Shown here in pieces: positions 28,721 to 45,454 of a DNA stretch of 64,000 bases. A program made the translations under genes and the position numbers. The DNA comes from the human T2T-CHM13v2.0 reference genome, Homo sapiens: assembly GCF_009914755.1 (NCBI RefSeq), contig NC_060932.1, one strand, 5' to 3'. Position 1 is the first letter of the stretch. Each line of letters starts with the position of its first letter. Below the pieces are notes generated by a model, which made no database searches, was not told the DNA's origin, and saw nothing but the letters and a program-made list of their open reading frames with translations.

Positions 28721-29692
28721 TTGTCCTGGCACTTTTTTCTTTTGGCATTATTGCTGCTTAATATATTGTATTAATGATTGTTAAATTCTGTTTCTTTAAC
28801 ATTTTTTAAAACTTCCTTTGTTAATTTATGGAATACTATTTGATTACTTAATAACTGTCAGGATCTAGAGCTAAAATAATGAGCAATCAAGATATGATCC
28901 AGCTATGAAGAGGCTTACAGTACAATAAGGCAACAAATATCCACCAAAACACATAAAACTAAGTGTGAAATTATGTAATGTTGCAAGAGTGTATGCTACT
29001 GGTTAAACTTGAGGTGGTATAAACTGGAAGTGATCAATCTTTTTCATTTTTGCCTTTAAACCCACTTTGGTAAATTGCCTTTCTTACCCAAATAAGGAAT
29101 CTTTGGCATGTCCCATGTGTCTTTAATTGAAATTTTTATTGAGATAATATTAGAATTATGTATAGTTTAAAGAAAAAATACAGAGAGAGCCCATGTACTC
29201 CTTACCCATTTTACCCCAATGGGAACATTTGACAAAACTACAAAGCATTATCACAACTAGGATATTGACATTGATAAAATCCACTAATTCTATTCATATT
29301 TCTCCAGTTTTACTTATGTTCATTTGTGTGTCCATGTGTACATATTCGTGTATTTAGTTCCACGTAATTTTATCATATGTATAGGTTCATGTATATACCA
29401 CCATAGTCAAGATACTGAACAGTTTAATCATCACAAGAATTTTTTTTGTGTCACTCATTTATAACAACATATACCTCCCTCCCTGTTTCTCACCTCCATC
29501 CCTAACCCCTTGAAACCACTCACCTGTTCTTCATTTCTAGAAATTTTGTCATTTCGAAAATATTATATAAATGGAATAATACAATATGTAATCTTTTGGG
29601 ATTGGCTTTTTCACTCAGCATAATTCTAAGGAAATTTATCCAAGTTGATTCTTTTCAATAGATTGTTCCTTTTTATTGCTGAGTAGTATTCA

Positions 29693-30263
29693 TGCTACCT
29701 CTAAACTCGGTAGCCCCAGAAGATGGGCTCTTTCCTGTTCAGTGTCCTAGAGCCAATACATGAAACTGAAAGTGAGGATCACGTAGAGAGCAAGCTTTAT
29801 TCCATGGCCAAGGGAGTGGAGAAACAGGAGTGTGGCTCAAAAATCACCTTCCGGACTAGTGAGGGGAGACAGGGATAAAATACAGGATTTCTCTAATGAA
29901 GGGATTGGACGTTAAAAGTCAGGGTAGGAATATTCAGTATTTTCTGAAAATGAGCAGTGAACTTCTCTGGAACCAGAGTGTCACCTTCCTTTTTGCCCTT
30001 TTATTGCTTCTTTTAGGATTGTTGTCATGGCAGTTATCAACTGTTATGGCATTGCTGGAGTGTCATTTAGAATGGAAATGAGGTAATAATGAAGCCTATA
30101 GTCTTTTTGAAGTTGTTGGTCAGCTATCTGGGTATCTTGATTTTAACCAGTCTTAGCTGGTCTGGTTACAAATGGAACATTTTTCCAATTTTTCTTAAAG
30201 ATAAGCAGAGTTAGGGCAGGGTAGAAATTCAGCGATGTTATGTAGGCATTACACTGAGTAACA
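29693..30263 (-). mobile_element. ERV1-class solo LTR (MER4-group-like)
   Basis: TG...CA termini, exact 4-bp TSD ttca (29689-92 and 30264-67), AATAAA on the minus strand near 29795; host L1 resumes after it. Confidence 0.8.
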
Positions 30264-30957
30264 TTCATAGTTCAGATATACCACAGATTGCTTCACCATT
30301 CACCTATGGAAGACATCAAGACCATTTCTAGTTTTTTTTCCCATTACAAGTTAAAGTGTAATAAACATTTGTGTACTAGTTTTGTGTGAACACAATTTTT
30401 ATTTATCTGGGTAAATATCTAAGAGTGCAGTTGCCGACTGGTATGGTAAATGCATATTTAGTTTTTTAAGAAACTGCAATAGTATCTAGAGTAGCTGTAC
30501 CATTTTACATTCTTACCAGCAAAGGATAAGTAATTTTGTTTCTTCTCATTCTTGTTAGCAATTAGTGCTGTCACTATTTTTAATTTTAGCTAACAGATAA
30601 GTATGCAGTGATATCTCTTTGTGATATTGATTTGCATTTTTTCTGGTGTCTAATAATGTTGAATGTCTTTCATATGCTTATTTTTCCATCTATATCTTCG
30701 TCCTTGATATACGTATTTAGGTAATTTGCTGATTTTCTAATTAGATAGTTTGGTTTGTAACTGTTAAGTTTTGAGAGTTTGTATGTTCTAGATACCAGTC
30801 CTTTGTTGAATATGTGGTTTGCAAACATTTTCTCCCAGTCTGTAGCTTTTCTTTTCAGCCTCTTCATGTGGGCTTTCTCAGAGGAAAACTTTTTCAATTT
30901 TGGTGAGTTCCAATATTTTTAGATTTTGATGAGGTCCAATTCATAAATAATTATTAT

Positions 30958-30989
30958 TCTCCTCCTCTACCTCCTCCTCCTTCTTCTTT

Positions 30990-31029
<40 letters not shown>
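30958..31029. repeat. (CCT)n-(CTT)n-(CAT)12 compound microsatellite at the Alu tail position
   Basis: Directly visible; (CAT)12 at 30992-31027. Confidence 0.95.
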
Positions 31030-31320
31030 GAGATAGAATATCACTCTGTTGCTCACACTGTAGTGTAGTGGCATGATCATAGCTTACTGCAACTTCAAAC
31101 TCCTGGTCTCACGTGATCCTTCCACCTCAGCCTCCCGAGGCGCATGGATTACAGTTGCATTCCACCAGCTAATTTTTTTTGTTTTTAAAATTTTTTGTAG
31201 AGACAGAGTCTCACTGTTTCTCAGGCTATTCTCAAACTCCTGGCCTCAAGCAATTCTCCTGCCTTTACCTCTCAAAGTGCTGGGATTATAGGTGTGAGCA
31301 AGCGAGCCACTGTACCCAGC
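31030..31320 (-). mobile_element. AluJ SINE
   Basis: gcatgatcatagcttactgcaacttcaaactcctgg J-type diagnostic; diverged dimer. Confidence 0.93.
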
Positions 31321-31322
31321 TG

Positions 31323-31325
<3 letters not shown>

Positions 31326-31369
<44 letters not shown>
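31326..31369. repeat. (TG)22 microsatellite
   Basis: Perfect array directly visible. Confidence 0.98.
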
Positions 31370-31371
<2 letters not shown>

Positions 31372-33597
31372 TTTGTTGTCCAATCTAAGAATTCTTTCCC
31401 AGCGCTAGAAGGTTTTGTATCCGCAATGTCCTCCTAAAAAGTTTTTAAGTCAATGATCCATTTTGAGCTTATTTTTGTATAAGATGTGAGGGTTAGGTTG
31501 AAGTCTGTTTTTATGAACGTCCAATTACTCCAACACCATTTATTGAGAAAGGATTATCTTTCCTCTATTGTATTTCTTTTGCATCTTTGTCAAAAATCAG
31601 CTAAGCATATTTATGTAGTCTATTTCTGAAATCCCTGTTCTATTTCATTGTTCAATGAGTCTTTCTGTCTGCTGGTGCCACACTGTCTGGATTACTGTAG
31701 CTTATAATAAGTCTTATCAGGTAGGGCAATTCCTCCAACTTTATTCTTCTTTGTCAAGATTGTTTTAGCTGTTCTATGACATATGCCTTGCCATGTAAAG
31801 TTTAGAATAAAATTGCATATGTCTACATAGATATAGATATATGTCTACATAGATATTGTCTAAAAAACCTGCTGAGATTTTGATAGGCATTATACTAAAC
31901 TTATAGATCAATATGGGGAGAAATGATATCTTTACTATGTTGAGTCTTCCAATCCATAAACACAGTATGTCTCCTCATTTATTTAGATTATTGATTTATT
32001 TAATCAGAATTTTGTATTAAATACATTTTAGCTTTCAGATTCTGCACATCTTTTGTTAAGTATATCCCTAAGAATTTAATTTTCATTAGAGCATTTGTAA
32101 ATCTTATGGTTTTTAAGTTTTTCCACATTTTCATTGTTACTATATTGAAATACAAATGATCTCTGTATAATCTTGTCTCTTGCAACTTTGCTAAACTCAC
32201 CTAGTTCTAAGAGACTTTTTGTAGATTTCTCAAAATTTTCTGCACAGACAGTCATGTCATATGCAAATAGGGATGCTTTATTTCTTCCTTTCTTATCTAT
32301 TTGATCTTGCCTTATATTTTTTTTCCTTATTGCTCAAAACTTTTTGTATAACGTCTAGGCATTTTTAAAAGTCTGTTTTCAGGTATTAAGAAGTCTATAC
32401 TAATCTCAATAAAAACTTTACCCTCTTCAGTTAAGAGTTTTTTTCTCTTTATCCAGCTTGGACCAGACCTGTGACTCCCCAGACCAGCAGTGGGGAAGGG
32501 ATGTGCTCTTTCATTCTCCTTGCTCCCCTCTCTCCTCTCCTCTATCTTGTCCTTGGCAGCATGCTTCTTTTAATTCCTTCCCTCTCTGTAGACTGCTCTA
32601 TAACATCTTCTTCCTGGTAGACTTCCTCTTGTAACCCCATGGTTCAGTAGGTAGCCCTGTGGAGCAAGTTATTTTAATAACATTCTTGCCTGCCCAACTT
32701 CAACCACGTCCACTTCACCCTTGAAACGATATTACGCATCCTTGTCCTTCCAAATGTTAGGCATTCAAGCCTCTCCTGTTGCTATCTTCTCTTATCATTT
32801 TGTTCTGGGGAAAGCTTCAGCTAACTTCTCATTCAGGCTTTTCCAGAAGAATCAGGCTCAGATCTTTGACTTTCTTTCTTTGACTTCAGAAAACACATGT
32901 AAGGCTTATGCAAGAACACATGGGCTCCATTAAGCAGCAGCATGGGGCAAGTTCTACTTTCTACTGCCAAGTAAGCAACTAACGAGGGAGCTGGCTGGTG
33001 ATTTCCTCTATTTAAACAATCCCAATTTCTGTGAAAGTTTTTCTTGGGGACCTTTCACCTGGCCAGAGACAGAGAGCAAAGAAAAGGACAGAACATGAAA
33101 AACATCCCGCATTCTCTACAGCTCATCAGCAAATTCCTGTCAAATAAATATTTGTCTTCTTTTAGATGAAGACCATGGCTTTATTTATATAGGCAGGAGT
33201 TGGATGAGCCAATTTTGATTATTCTAAGCAAGTCCTTAGGTTATATGCCCAGCACTTTGCTTTACAATATATAGGACATTCATCATCTATTGTGTTAAAC
33301 TTCAGGTCCTCATTTGAAAATTGAAAACGTGAGGAAATTTCTATTTATCATCCTATTGCACTGTGATTGATGTTATAAGCTAAAGGTACACTGTGAGAGG
33401 TGGGTGGGTGCCTTATGCTTACGGGGAAAAGGCTCTGGAAGGCTTTCTAAGGAAGTGATACTTGAGATCTTCAGGATGAATAAGTACTAACTTGACAAGG
33501 AGGGCAAAGGAACACTCTATAAAGAAGGGATGTGTGGCCAGGAACATGATACTTTCAAAAAATGGAAACAAAGCCAGAGTAACCAGAATTCAGAAAG

Positions 33598-34377
<780 letters not shown>

Positions 34378-35094
34378 GATGCAGCGAGATGAAACTGGAG
34401 AGTTAAGATGTGGGCAAGACGGCCAGGCAGGTCTTGTAGGCCACAATAGGAATTTCCCCCTTTTGTCCTATGCACAACAGAGCACTGATAATGCTTTAAG
34501 CTGTGGTTGCATAGCAAGCATTGGGTGTATGGTCAATCTAACACTAAGATAAGACACACTCAGCTGCTCTGAATCTTGGTGTGCACTCTGCTTCTGTGTC
34601 TTTGCATGTGAGGTTCCCTTTGCCTAAGACTTCCTTTCCCCTGATTGTCTCTCCTAAATCCCAGATGGTCTCCTGGTTTCCTTGACACAGTTCAAGCCTC
34701 CCTCTCAGCTACTTTGCTTATCCAAGTCCCTGGTCTCTCCCACCCTCTGTGTCAGATTAGGTGACCTAGTTTTTAGCCATCTTATCAAATCCTGCTGTTT
34801 GCTCATTGCTTTTATGTGGCTCTGTGAACAAAAGTTGCCCCCAGTTCAGACCCTGGGATATTGCCAGATAAAGTATGTTCCTCACCTGGTAGGTGAGAGA
34901 GGATCAATAACCTCTAGGCTCATTTTCATTTGATTTGTGTGAGCAGAGTGCTTACCTTAATTGTGACACAAAGTATCTTTTTGGAAGCTTTCTGACAACT
35001 TTTTCCACTGAAAATGATAATTTTTACGTGGGAGGGAGGGAAGGGTATAGAATAAAAGAGGGGATAATTCAAGGGTTAAATTCTTAGACTCTGG

Positions 35095-38000
35095 CTTTTA
35101 ATTTTATTTGTATTTTAATATATTTAGGAGTACAAGTGCTTTTTGGTTACATGAATGAATTGCATAGTGGTAAAGTCTGAGCTTTTAGTGTACGCATCAC
35201 CCAAATAGTATACATTGTACCCAACAGGTAATTTTTTATCCCTCGCCCTTTTTCCACCCTCCCCACTTCTGAGACTCCAATATCCATTATACCACTCTGC
35301 ATGCTTCTGTGTGCCCACAGCTTAGCTCCCGCTTATAAGTGAGAACATATAGTATTTGGTTTTCCATTCCTGAGTAACTTCAAAGATAATGGCTTCCAGT
35401 TTCATCCAAGTGGCTGCAAAAGACATTATTTTTCTTTTTTATGGTTGAGCAATATTTCATGGTATGTTTATATCACATTTTCTTTATCCTGTCATTGGCT
35501 GATGTGCACTTAGGCTGATCGTATATCTCTGCAGTTGTGACTTGTGCTGAGATAAACACACAAGTGCAGGTATCTTTATACAATGACTTCTTTTCTGTTG
35601 GGTGAATATTCAGTAGTAGGATTGCTGGATTGAATGGTAGGTTTACTTTTAGTTCTTTGAGAAATCTCCATACTCTTTTCCAGAGAGGTTGTATAGATTT
35701 ACATTCCCACCAACAGTGTATAAGCATTCCATTTCCACTGCATTCATGCAAGTATCTATTATTTTTTGACTTTTTAATAATGGCCATTCTGTCTGGGGTA
35801 AGATGTCATCTCATTGTGGTTTTAATTTGCATTTCCCTGGTGATTAGTTATATTGACCATTTTTTTATATGTTTGCTGGCCATTTATATATTTACTTTAA
35901 AAAATGTTGATGGTATTTGTCCCTTGTTTATAGGATTATTTGTTCTTTCTTGATGATTTGTTTGAGTTCCTTGTAGATTTGAGATATTAGTCTTCTGTCA
36001 GATGTATAGTTTGTTAACATATTCTCAAATTCTGTAGGTAGTCTATTTACTGTTGATTATGTCTTTTATTGTGCACAGGCTTTTCAGTTTAATTCAGTCC
36101 CTTTTATTTACTTATTTATTTATTTTTTGCATTTGCTTTTGGGGTCTTAGTCATAAAATCTTTGCTTAGACCAATATTTAGAAGAGTTTTTTCTAGGTTT
36201 TCTCCTAACATTTTTATGGTTTTAGGTCTAATGTTTTTAATCCATCTTAAGTTAATTTTTGCATAGGGTGAGAGATACGGGTCTAGTTTCATTCTTCTGC
36301 ATATGACTATCCAATTGTCTCAGCACCATTTATTGAGTAGGGCATCCTTTTCCCATGTATGTTTATGTCTGCTTTGTTGACGATCAGCTGGTCATAGGTA
36401 GATAGTTTTATTTCTGGGTTCTCTATTCTGTTCCATTGTCTTATGTGTCTACTTTTATACCAGTACCATGCTGTTTTGGATACTATAGGCTTGTGCTATA
36501 ATTTGAAATCTGGTAATGTGATGCCTCCAGATTTGTTCTTTTTGCTTAGGATTGCTTTGGTTATTTGGGCTCTTTTCTGTTTCCATATAAAGTTTAGGAT
36601 TGGTTTTTGTTCTAATTCTGTGAAAAATGACATTGGTATTTTTATAAGAATTGCATTGAATCTGTAGATTGATTTGGGCAGTATGATCACTTTCATAATA
36701 TTGAGTCTTGTAATCTATGAGAATGGAATGTTTTTCCATTTGATTATGTTATCTATAATTTCTTTCATCAGAGTTTTGTGGTTCTCCTTGTAGAGATCTT
36801 TCACGTCCTTGGTTAAATGTTTTCCTATTTTATTTTATTTTTACAGCTATTGTCCATGAGATACAGTTCTTGATTTGATTCTCAACTTGGATGTTATTGA
36901 TATGTAATAGTGCCCCTAATTTGTGTACACTGATTTTGCCACCTGGGACTTTACTGATTTTATTTATCAAATCTAGGTGTCTTCTGGAGGAGACTTTAGA
37001 GTTTTCTAGGTAGAAGATAATATTATCAGCAGAGATAGCTTGGCCTCCTCTTTTCTGATTTGGATGTCCTTAATTTCTTTCTCTTGCCTGATTGCTCTGG
37101 CTAGGAATTTCAGTACTATGTTGAATAGAAGTGGTGAAAATAGGCAACCTTGTCTTGTTCCAGTTCTGAGAGGAAATGCTTTCAACTTTTCCACAATCAA
37201 TATGATGTTGACAGTGGGTTTACATTCAAAGTTAGTAATGATATGTGTGATACTGTTCCAGTCACCATGTTGATTGTTACCTGGTTGCTTTGTATTCTCC
37301 ATTGCATTGTTTTATAAGCCCTGGGAGTTTTCCACTTTTGACTGTTTTTATACTGTTGCATATTGACCTTACATTTTAATGTTTAGAACTCCTTTGAGCA
37401 TTTCTTGTAGGATCATTCGGTCTAGTGGTGACAAATACCCTCAGTTTTTGCTTGTCTTAGAAAAACATTATTTCTCCTTCATTTATGAAACTTAGTTTTT
37501 GGAATACAAAATTCTTGGCTGACAGTTATTCCGTTTAAGGAAACTAAAGGTAGGACCCCAATTCATTCTGGTTTATAAGGTTTCTGCTGAGAAATATGCT
37601 GTCTTAGTCTGATAGGTTCTGCTTTATAAGTTATTTTATGTTTTTGTCTCTCTGCTCTTAGAATTCTTTCCTTCACATTGACTGTATAGCCTAATTACTA
37701 TATGCCTTGGTAATATTCTTTTTGCAATGAATCTTCCAGTAGCTCTTTGAACTTCTTGTATCTGGATGTCTAAATCTCTAGCAAGACCTCAATCATTCCC
37801 TCAAATATGTTTTCCATTTTTTTTTTTGCTTTTTCTTCTTCTCCCTCAGGAATGCCTATGAATAAATTATTAGGTTTGGTTATGTTGCATAAGCTCATAT
37901 TTCTTGGATACTTTTTTCATTTCTTTTAATTCTTTTTTCTTTATTTTTGTCTGATTGGTTATTTTGAAATCTTTGTCTTCAGGCTCTTAAATATTTTAAT

Positions 38001-38372
38001 TTCCAGAAGTTTTGTTTTTCTTTTTCTTACTATCTCTAGAAATTTTTTCATTCATATTCTGATTTTTTAAATTTATTTTTGTTGGTTTTCAATTTTCTCT
38101 TGGATCTCATTGAGCAACTTTGTAATCAATATTTTGATTTCTTTACCTGTTATTTTAAGAATTTCATTTTGGTTTGGATCCATTGCTGGAGAGTTAGTAT
38201 GATCCACTAGGAGTGTTGTAAAACTCTGTTTTTTCATATTGCCAGAATGATTTTTCTGGTTCCTTCTCATCCTGATAGACTATTTCTTAATAGTTTTTAA
38301 TTTATTTTTGATTGGAGTGGGTTTTTCCCTGCTTTGAAGATGTGATTGCTTAACTTCAGCCCTGGATGTTTG
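35095..38372 (-). mobile_element. L1PB (L1PB3/4-like) LINE: 3' UTR, ORF2 with a large internal deletion, ORF1
   Basis: ORF2 peptides (IHCWWECK.., [17 protein letters not shown]) and ORF1 N-terminus MRRNQKNHSGNMKKQSF at 38073-38270. Confidence 0.92.
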
Positions 38373-40021
38373 CACAAATTCAAACCATATCATTTGCCAC
38401 TGCCACCTCCCAAATCTCATATTCTTCTCACATTGCAAAATACAATCATCTCTTCTCAACAGTCCCCCAAGTCTTAACTCATTTCAGCATTAACTCAGAA
38501 GTCTTCAGTTCAAAGTCTCATGTGAGACAAGTCCCTTCCACCTATGAGCCTGTAAAATAAAAAATAAAATAAAATAAAATAAAATAAAAACAAGATAGTT
38601 ACTTCCAAGATACAATCGGGGTACAGGCATTGGGAAAATACTCCCATTCCAAAAGGGAGAAATTAGCTAAAATAAAGAGACTACAGACCCTGTGCAAGTC
38701 CAAAATGCAGCAGGGCAGTTATTAAATGTTAAAGCTCCAAAATAATCTCATTTGACTCCATGTCTCACATCCAGGTCACACTGATGCAAGGGATGGGCTC
38801 CCAAGGCTTTAGGCAGCTCTGCCCCTGTGGCCTTGCAGAACACAGCCCCCATGGCTGTTCCCAAGGGCTGGTGTTGAGTGCCTGCAGCTTTTCCAGGTGC
38901 ACAATGCAAGCTATCGGTGTACCTACCATTCTGGGGTCAGGAGGATTGTGGCCCTCTTCTCACAGCTCCACTAGACAGTGCCCCAGTGGGGACTCTACGT
39001 GGTAGCTCCAACCCTGCATTTCCCCTCTGTACTGCCCTAGTAGAGGTTCTCCATGAGAACTCTACCCCTGTAGCAGACTTCTGCCTGGACATCCAGGCTT
39101 TTCCATATAATTTTAAAATCTAGGCAGAGGCTTCCAAGCCTCAACTCTTGCACTGTGCACACCCACAGGCTTAACACTATGTGGAAGCCACCAAGGCTTG
39201 AGGCTTGCACCCTCTGAAGCAGCAGCTTGAGGACCTGAGCCCCTTTGAGCCATGGATGGAACTGCAGCACCTGGGATGCAGAGAGCAGTGTCCCAAGACT
39301 GCATAGGGTAGCAGGGCCCTGGGCCTGGCGCAGAAAACTATTCTTCCCTCCTTAGGCCTCTGGACTTTTGATGGGAGGGTCTGCCACAAAGGTCTCTGAA
39401 ATGCCTTCAGGGTCTTTATCCCATTGTCTTGGCTATTCGTACTTCTCTTCCTTTTAGGTAAGCACATTTCTGCAGCCTGAAAATGAATTTTTCTTTTCTA
39501 CCATATGGCCAGGCTGCAACTTTCCAAACTTTTATGCTCTGCTTCCCTTTTAAATTTAGGTTCCAGTTTCAGGTCATTTCTTTGTTCACACATATGAGCA
39601 TAGGATTTTAAATGCAACCAGACTAGATCTTGAACACTTTGCTGCTTAGAAATTTCTCCTACCAGATACCCTACATCATCCTTCTCAAGTTCAAAGTTTC
39701 ACAGATCCCTAGAGTAGGGTCACAATACCTCCAGGTTCTTTGTGAATGCATAACAAAAGTGACCTTTCCTCCAGTTCCCAGTAAGTTTCTTATCTCCATC
39801 TGAGACCTCATCATCCTGGTCTTCTCTGTCTATATCACTATTAGCATTTTGGTCAAAACTATTCAACAAGTCTCTGGGAAGTTCCAAACTTTCCCTCATC
39901 TTCTTGTCTTCTTCTGAGCCCTCCAAACTGTTCCAACCACTGCCTCTTACCCAGTTCCAAATCTACTTTCACATTTTTGGGTATCTTTATAACAATGCCC
40001 CTCTGCTAGGTACCAATTTTC
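38373..40021 (-). mobile_element. MST (MaLR) internal sequence plus a 20-bp remnant of the 3' LTR
   Basis: MaLR internal ORF MEGSEEDKKMRESLELPRDLLN..; purine-rich PPT next to tgatatggtttg on the minus strand. Confidence 0.9.
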
Positions 40022-40399
40022 TGTATTAGCCCATTCTTGCACTGCTATAAAGAAATACCTAAGACTGGGTAATTTATATTAAAAAAAGAGTTTTAATTTG
40101 CTCACAGTTCCATAGGCTGTACTGGAAGCATTGCTGGGGAAGCCTCAGGAAACTTACAATCATGGCGGAAGGCAGAGGGGAAGCAGGTACACTTTTCATG
40201 GCTGGATCAAGAGGAAGAGAAAGAAAAGGGAGGTGCTATACACTTTTAAACAAGATCTGATGAAAACTCATTATCACAAGAATAGCAAGGGGGAAATCCA
40301 CCCCCATGGTCCAATTGCCTACCCCAGGCCACTCCTCCAACACTGGAGATTACAATGTGACATGAGATTTGGGTGAGAACACAAATCCAAACCATATCA
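40022..40399 (-). mobile_element. MSTA/MSTB 5' LTR
   Basis: tgtattagcccattcttgcactgctataaagaaatacc...caaaccatatca. Confidence 0.93.
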
Positions 40400-41070
<671 letters not shown>

Positions 41071-42719
41071 GTACAGAAGATAACTCAACCAAAGTTAAAC
41101 AAAACCCCAAACAACCATACTTCCATTTCTTTACATAGATATTATCAGAAATAACCAATATTTTGTACTATATGCCTATATTAGATATATTTCATTTTAC
41201 CTTATTCCTTCATTTTCTTCTACCTTTTTTATTCTTTAAATGGATGCTGTATCATTTAGTTGGCCAAAAATAAATATAGAATTTACTATTTGCATATGGG
41301 TAGTACCTGTATTTGTAAGTCTATCCTCATTTGCATCAAGACCTTGAAAAGAAGAAGGAAAATTTGGGTGCATTGAAATAAATAAATACTCATCCTTGTC
41401 AATATCTTCTAGGCATATTTCTTCAATAGGGCAAACAATTTTCCATTCAAGTGACTATATTCATCTTTAAGCCAATTCAAACCAATTTAAGCAATAACAT
41501 TTTATGTGATTTTTGTTACAAGCTTCACCAAAGGCATTGCAATTATGAAACATCTACTTCATTTCCTTCAGCCATTGATTTTCTAATTTGTTGGCAAAAA
41601 TCTATGACTTCAGTCTAAAGTGATATTTTCTTTATAAGGCCATCTTATCTTTTGCTTACGATCCCATTGTGTTCTAACTGTTTAAAGATTTTTCATCTTA
41701 TTATATTTGTTTCATTATATTGCTAAGGTACAATTTCTGAATTATAATAGCTGGCTCAGCCATTCCTACCTGCTCTGTGGAATGATAGCATATCTGTTTT
41801 CCTCTAATCATATGGCGTGTCTTGAGTGCTTTGTTTAAAGACAATTATAAGCAATTCAATAGATGTTTGCTAATTTTCTTATTATGTCACAATGCATATC
41901 ATTCAGACCAAATGTTTATGTTCACACTGACTCGAATTACTCCCCACCTGCACTTTGCCAATACTTTTTTTGAATTGTCTCCATTATTCTTATTGGGCAA
42001 GTTTATTTTTCTAATTTGACTTGGTAAGCAGGAGTTGAAAAATGACTACAATCATTTAGTTAAGTTTAGAGTCATAATAATTTAGTACTCTGTCTTTTTA
42101 TTAGCAGACTTGTCTTCTGTAGCGTTTAAATTTCTCTTGGTATATTTGTTTAATCCTTTTTTTTCTTTCCATTTCCTTTTCTTTGCATAAGAGTAGCAAT
42201 AATTTTATAATTCTGGATTTTCACTCACATGATCAATTCTGGTCACACTCTCTAATAGAGCAGGTATTTTTCCCCTTTCCTTCACTGTCCCTCTCTGTGG
42301 AACTATAAAGCAAATTATAGACATTAATTTTTATGACTTAGAGACCAAAGTTAAAGAAAATTCTCAACAAGATTTACACAAATGACTACCATCATTTGCC
42401 TTCATAAGAACTTAAGCTTTAAAATGCTGGCACTTTTAAATCCTATCTGCAGGTATGAAAAATCTGCACTTTGGCACAAATTGGGCATGGTAGAAAATTG
42501 TCGTGACATTTAATATATTAAGTAAGGGAAGTGAGCGAGAGTGAAAGGAAGGAAATTAATGCATGTGTAGCTATCATGACTGACACAGTTAGACCCTGTG
42601 ATCTAAAATTTAGAAATTACACTATATGATGAGGGCCTTGAGAACTTGTTTATAACAAAAATAGTAATTAAGACAGTCTCAGTGTATAGATTCTTTCTTT
42701 GAAAAAAAGAAAAACCTCA

Positions 42720-42900
42720 CCATTTGCACATGTGATCTCATGCTTTTCAAAATGAAATTGATAAAGATGGTTAATTATCCAAGATGACCACACATACCAC
42801 TGTACATATAAGGAAATCAAGGCTAGCAGAGTAAGATTGGCCAAGGTCTTTCATCTAGGTGGAGGCAAAACTGAGACTGTGACCTGGGCCTTCTTCCCAC
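42720..42900 (-). mobile_element. MIR fragment
   Basis: aaggaaatcaaggctagcagagtaagattggccaaggtc...ggcaaaactgagactgtgacctgggcc. Confidence 0.55.
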
Positions 42901-43779
42901 ATTATTGCATTTTGTGTATATGAATATGTCTGTCTAGTTAGAGAACTTCCAGCAGTTCAGTTTGGCTGCAGTTCTGGATACAGATATAGGCTCAAGGATC
43001 TTTAACACCTGGATGAATTAAATACTTAATTGGTGGTCCAATGGGAACCATTCAACCTATTGAATGGGAATATCATCTGGTCTGAGATGGGTTTCCAAAC
43101 CTTTCTTAATCCATATTCCCATCTTCCAAACAAGTAGGGTTTGGGGTTCCTGTATCAGAGTTTAATCTGCAAAGCCACTAGTATGTGTACCCACACATAC
43201 ACACATGGAGACCCACAGACACACACGCACATAGGTACTTGTGGCAGGGATTTGGCTGTATGGGATGGGAGCTGGTTAAGTAGTTACTGTGAAGTTGCTG
43301 TCTTTGTACCTGTTATTGACGCTTAAAGTTCACAGCCCAGGCAATCCTGAAGAAAATATGTAAGTAAAGCAGGGGAGAGCATGATCAAGCTATAAGCCAC
43401 AAGTGTGAGCTGGAGCCCATGAGGATAGACTGAAACCCGTGTGTGCTTTTATTGCTTCTGATCTGGGTGGTGGAGGTACGCTTCAGAACCCAAGGCCCTT
43501 CGTCTTGAAGTTAAATTCAGACAAAATTATTTTGGTGCATGAATCAAAAAAGCTTGTATTAAATATTGAATCCATTTTTGTTGTTTCATTGCTGAATCCA
43601 ATTTCATGTTGTTTCATTGCTGAAAGCATTCAAGTCCCACCACTCCTCCTTCCTCTTCTGCTCCACATATGGGCAGGCTGATAAGAAAGCCTGAATGTTC
43701 CCTCCTCTGGCACTGGCAGGAAGTCCAAGCTACATCAGCCCTAGCCTTATCCTCTAACCACCCAAGCCAGTCTCTTTTT

Positions 43780-45454
<1,675 letters not shown>

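Larger units (their letters stand above)
29120..32340 (-). mobile_element. L1MC-like LINE, 3' ~2.3 kb, interrupted by an LTR and an Alu
   Basis: L1MC-type 3' UTR and ORF2-like ORF 30670-30897 (KRKATDWEKMFANHIFNKGLVSR). Confidence 0.88.

Noticed and set aside
31815-31860. atatgtctacatagatat tandem duplication
   Set aside because: Ordinary slippage duplication inside an old L1
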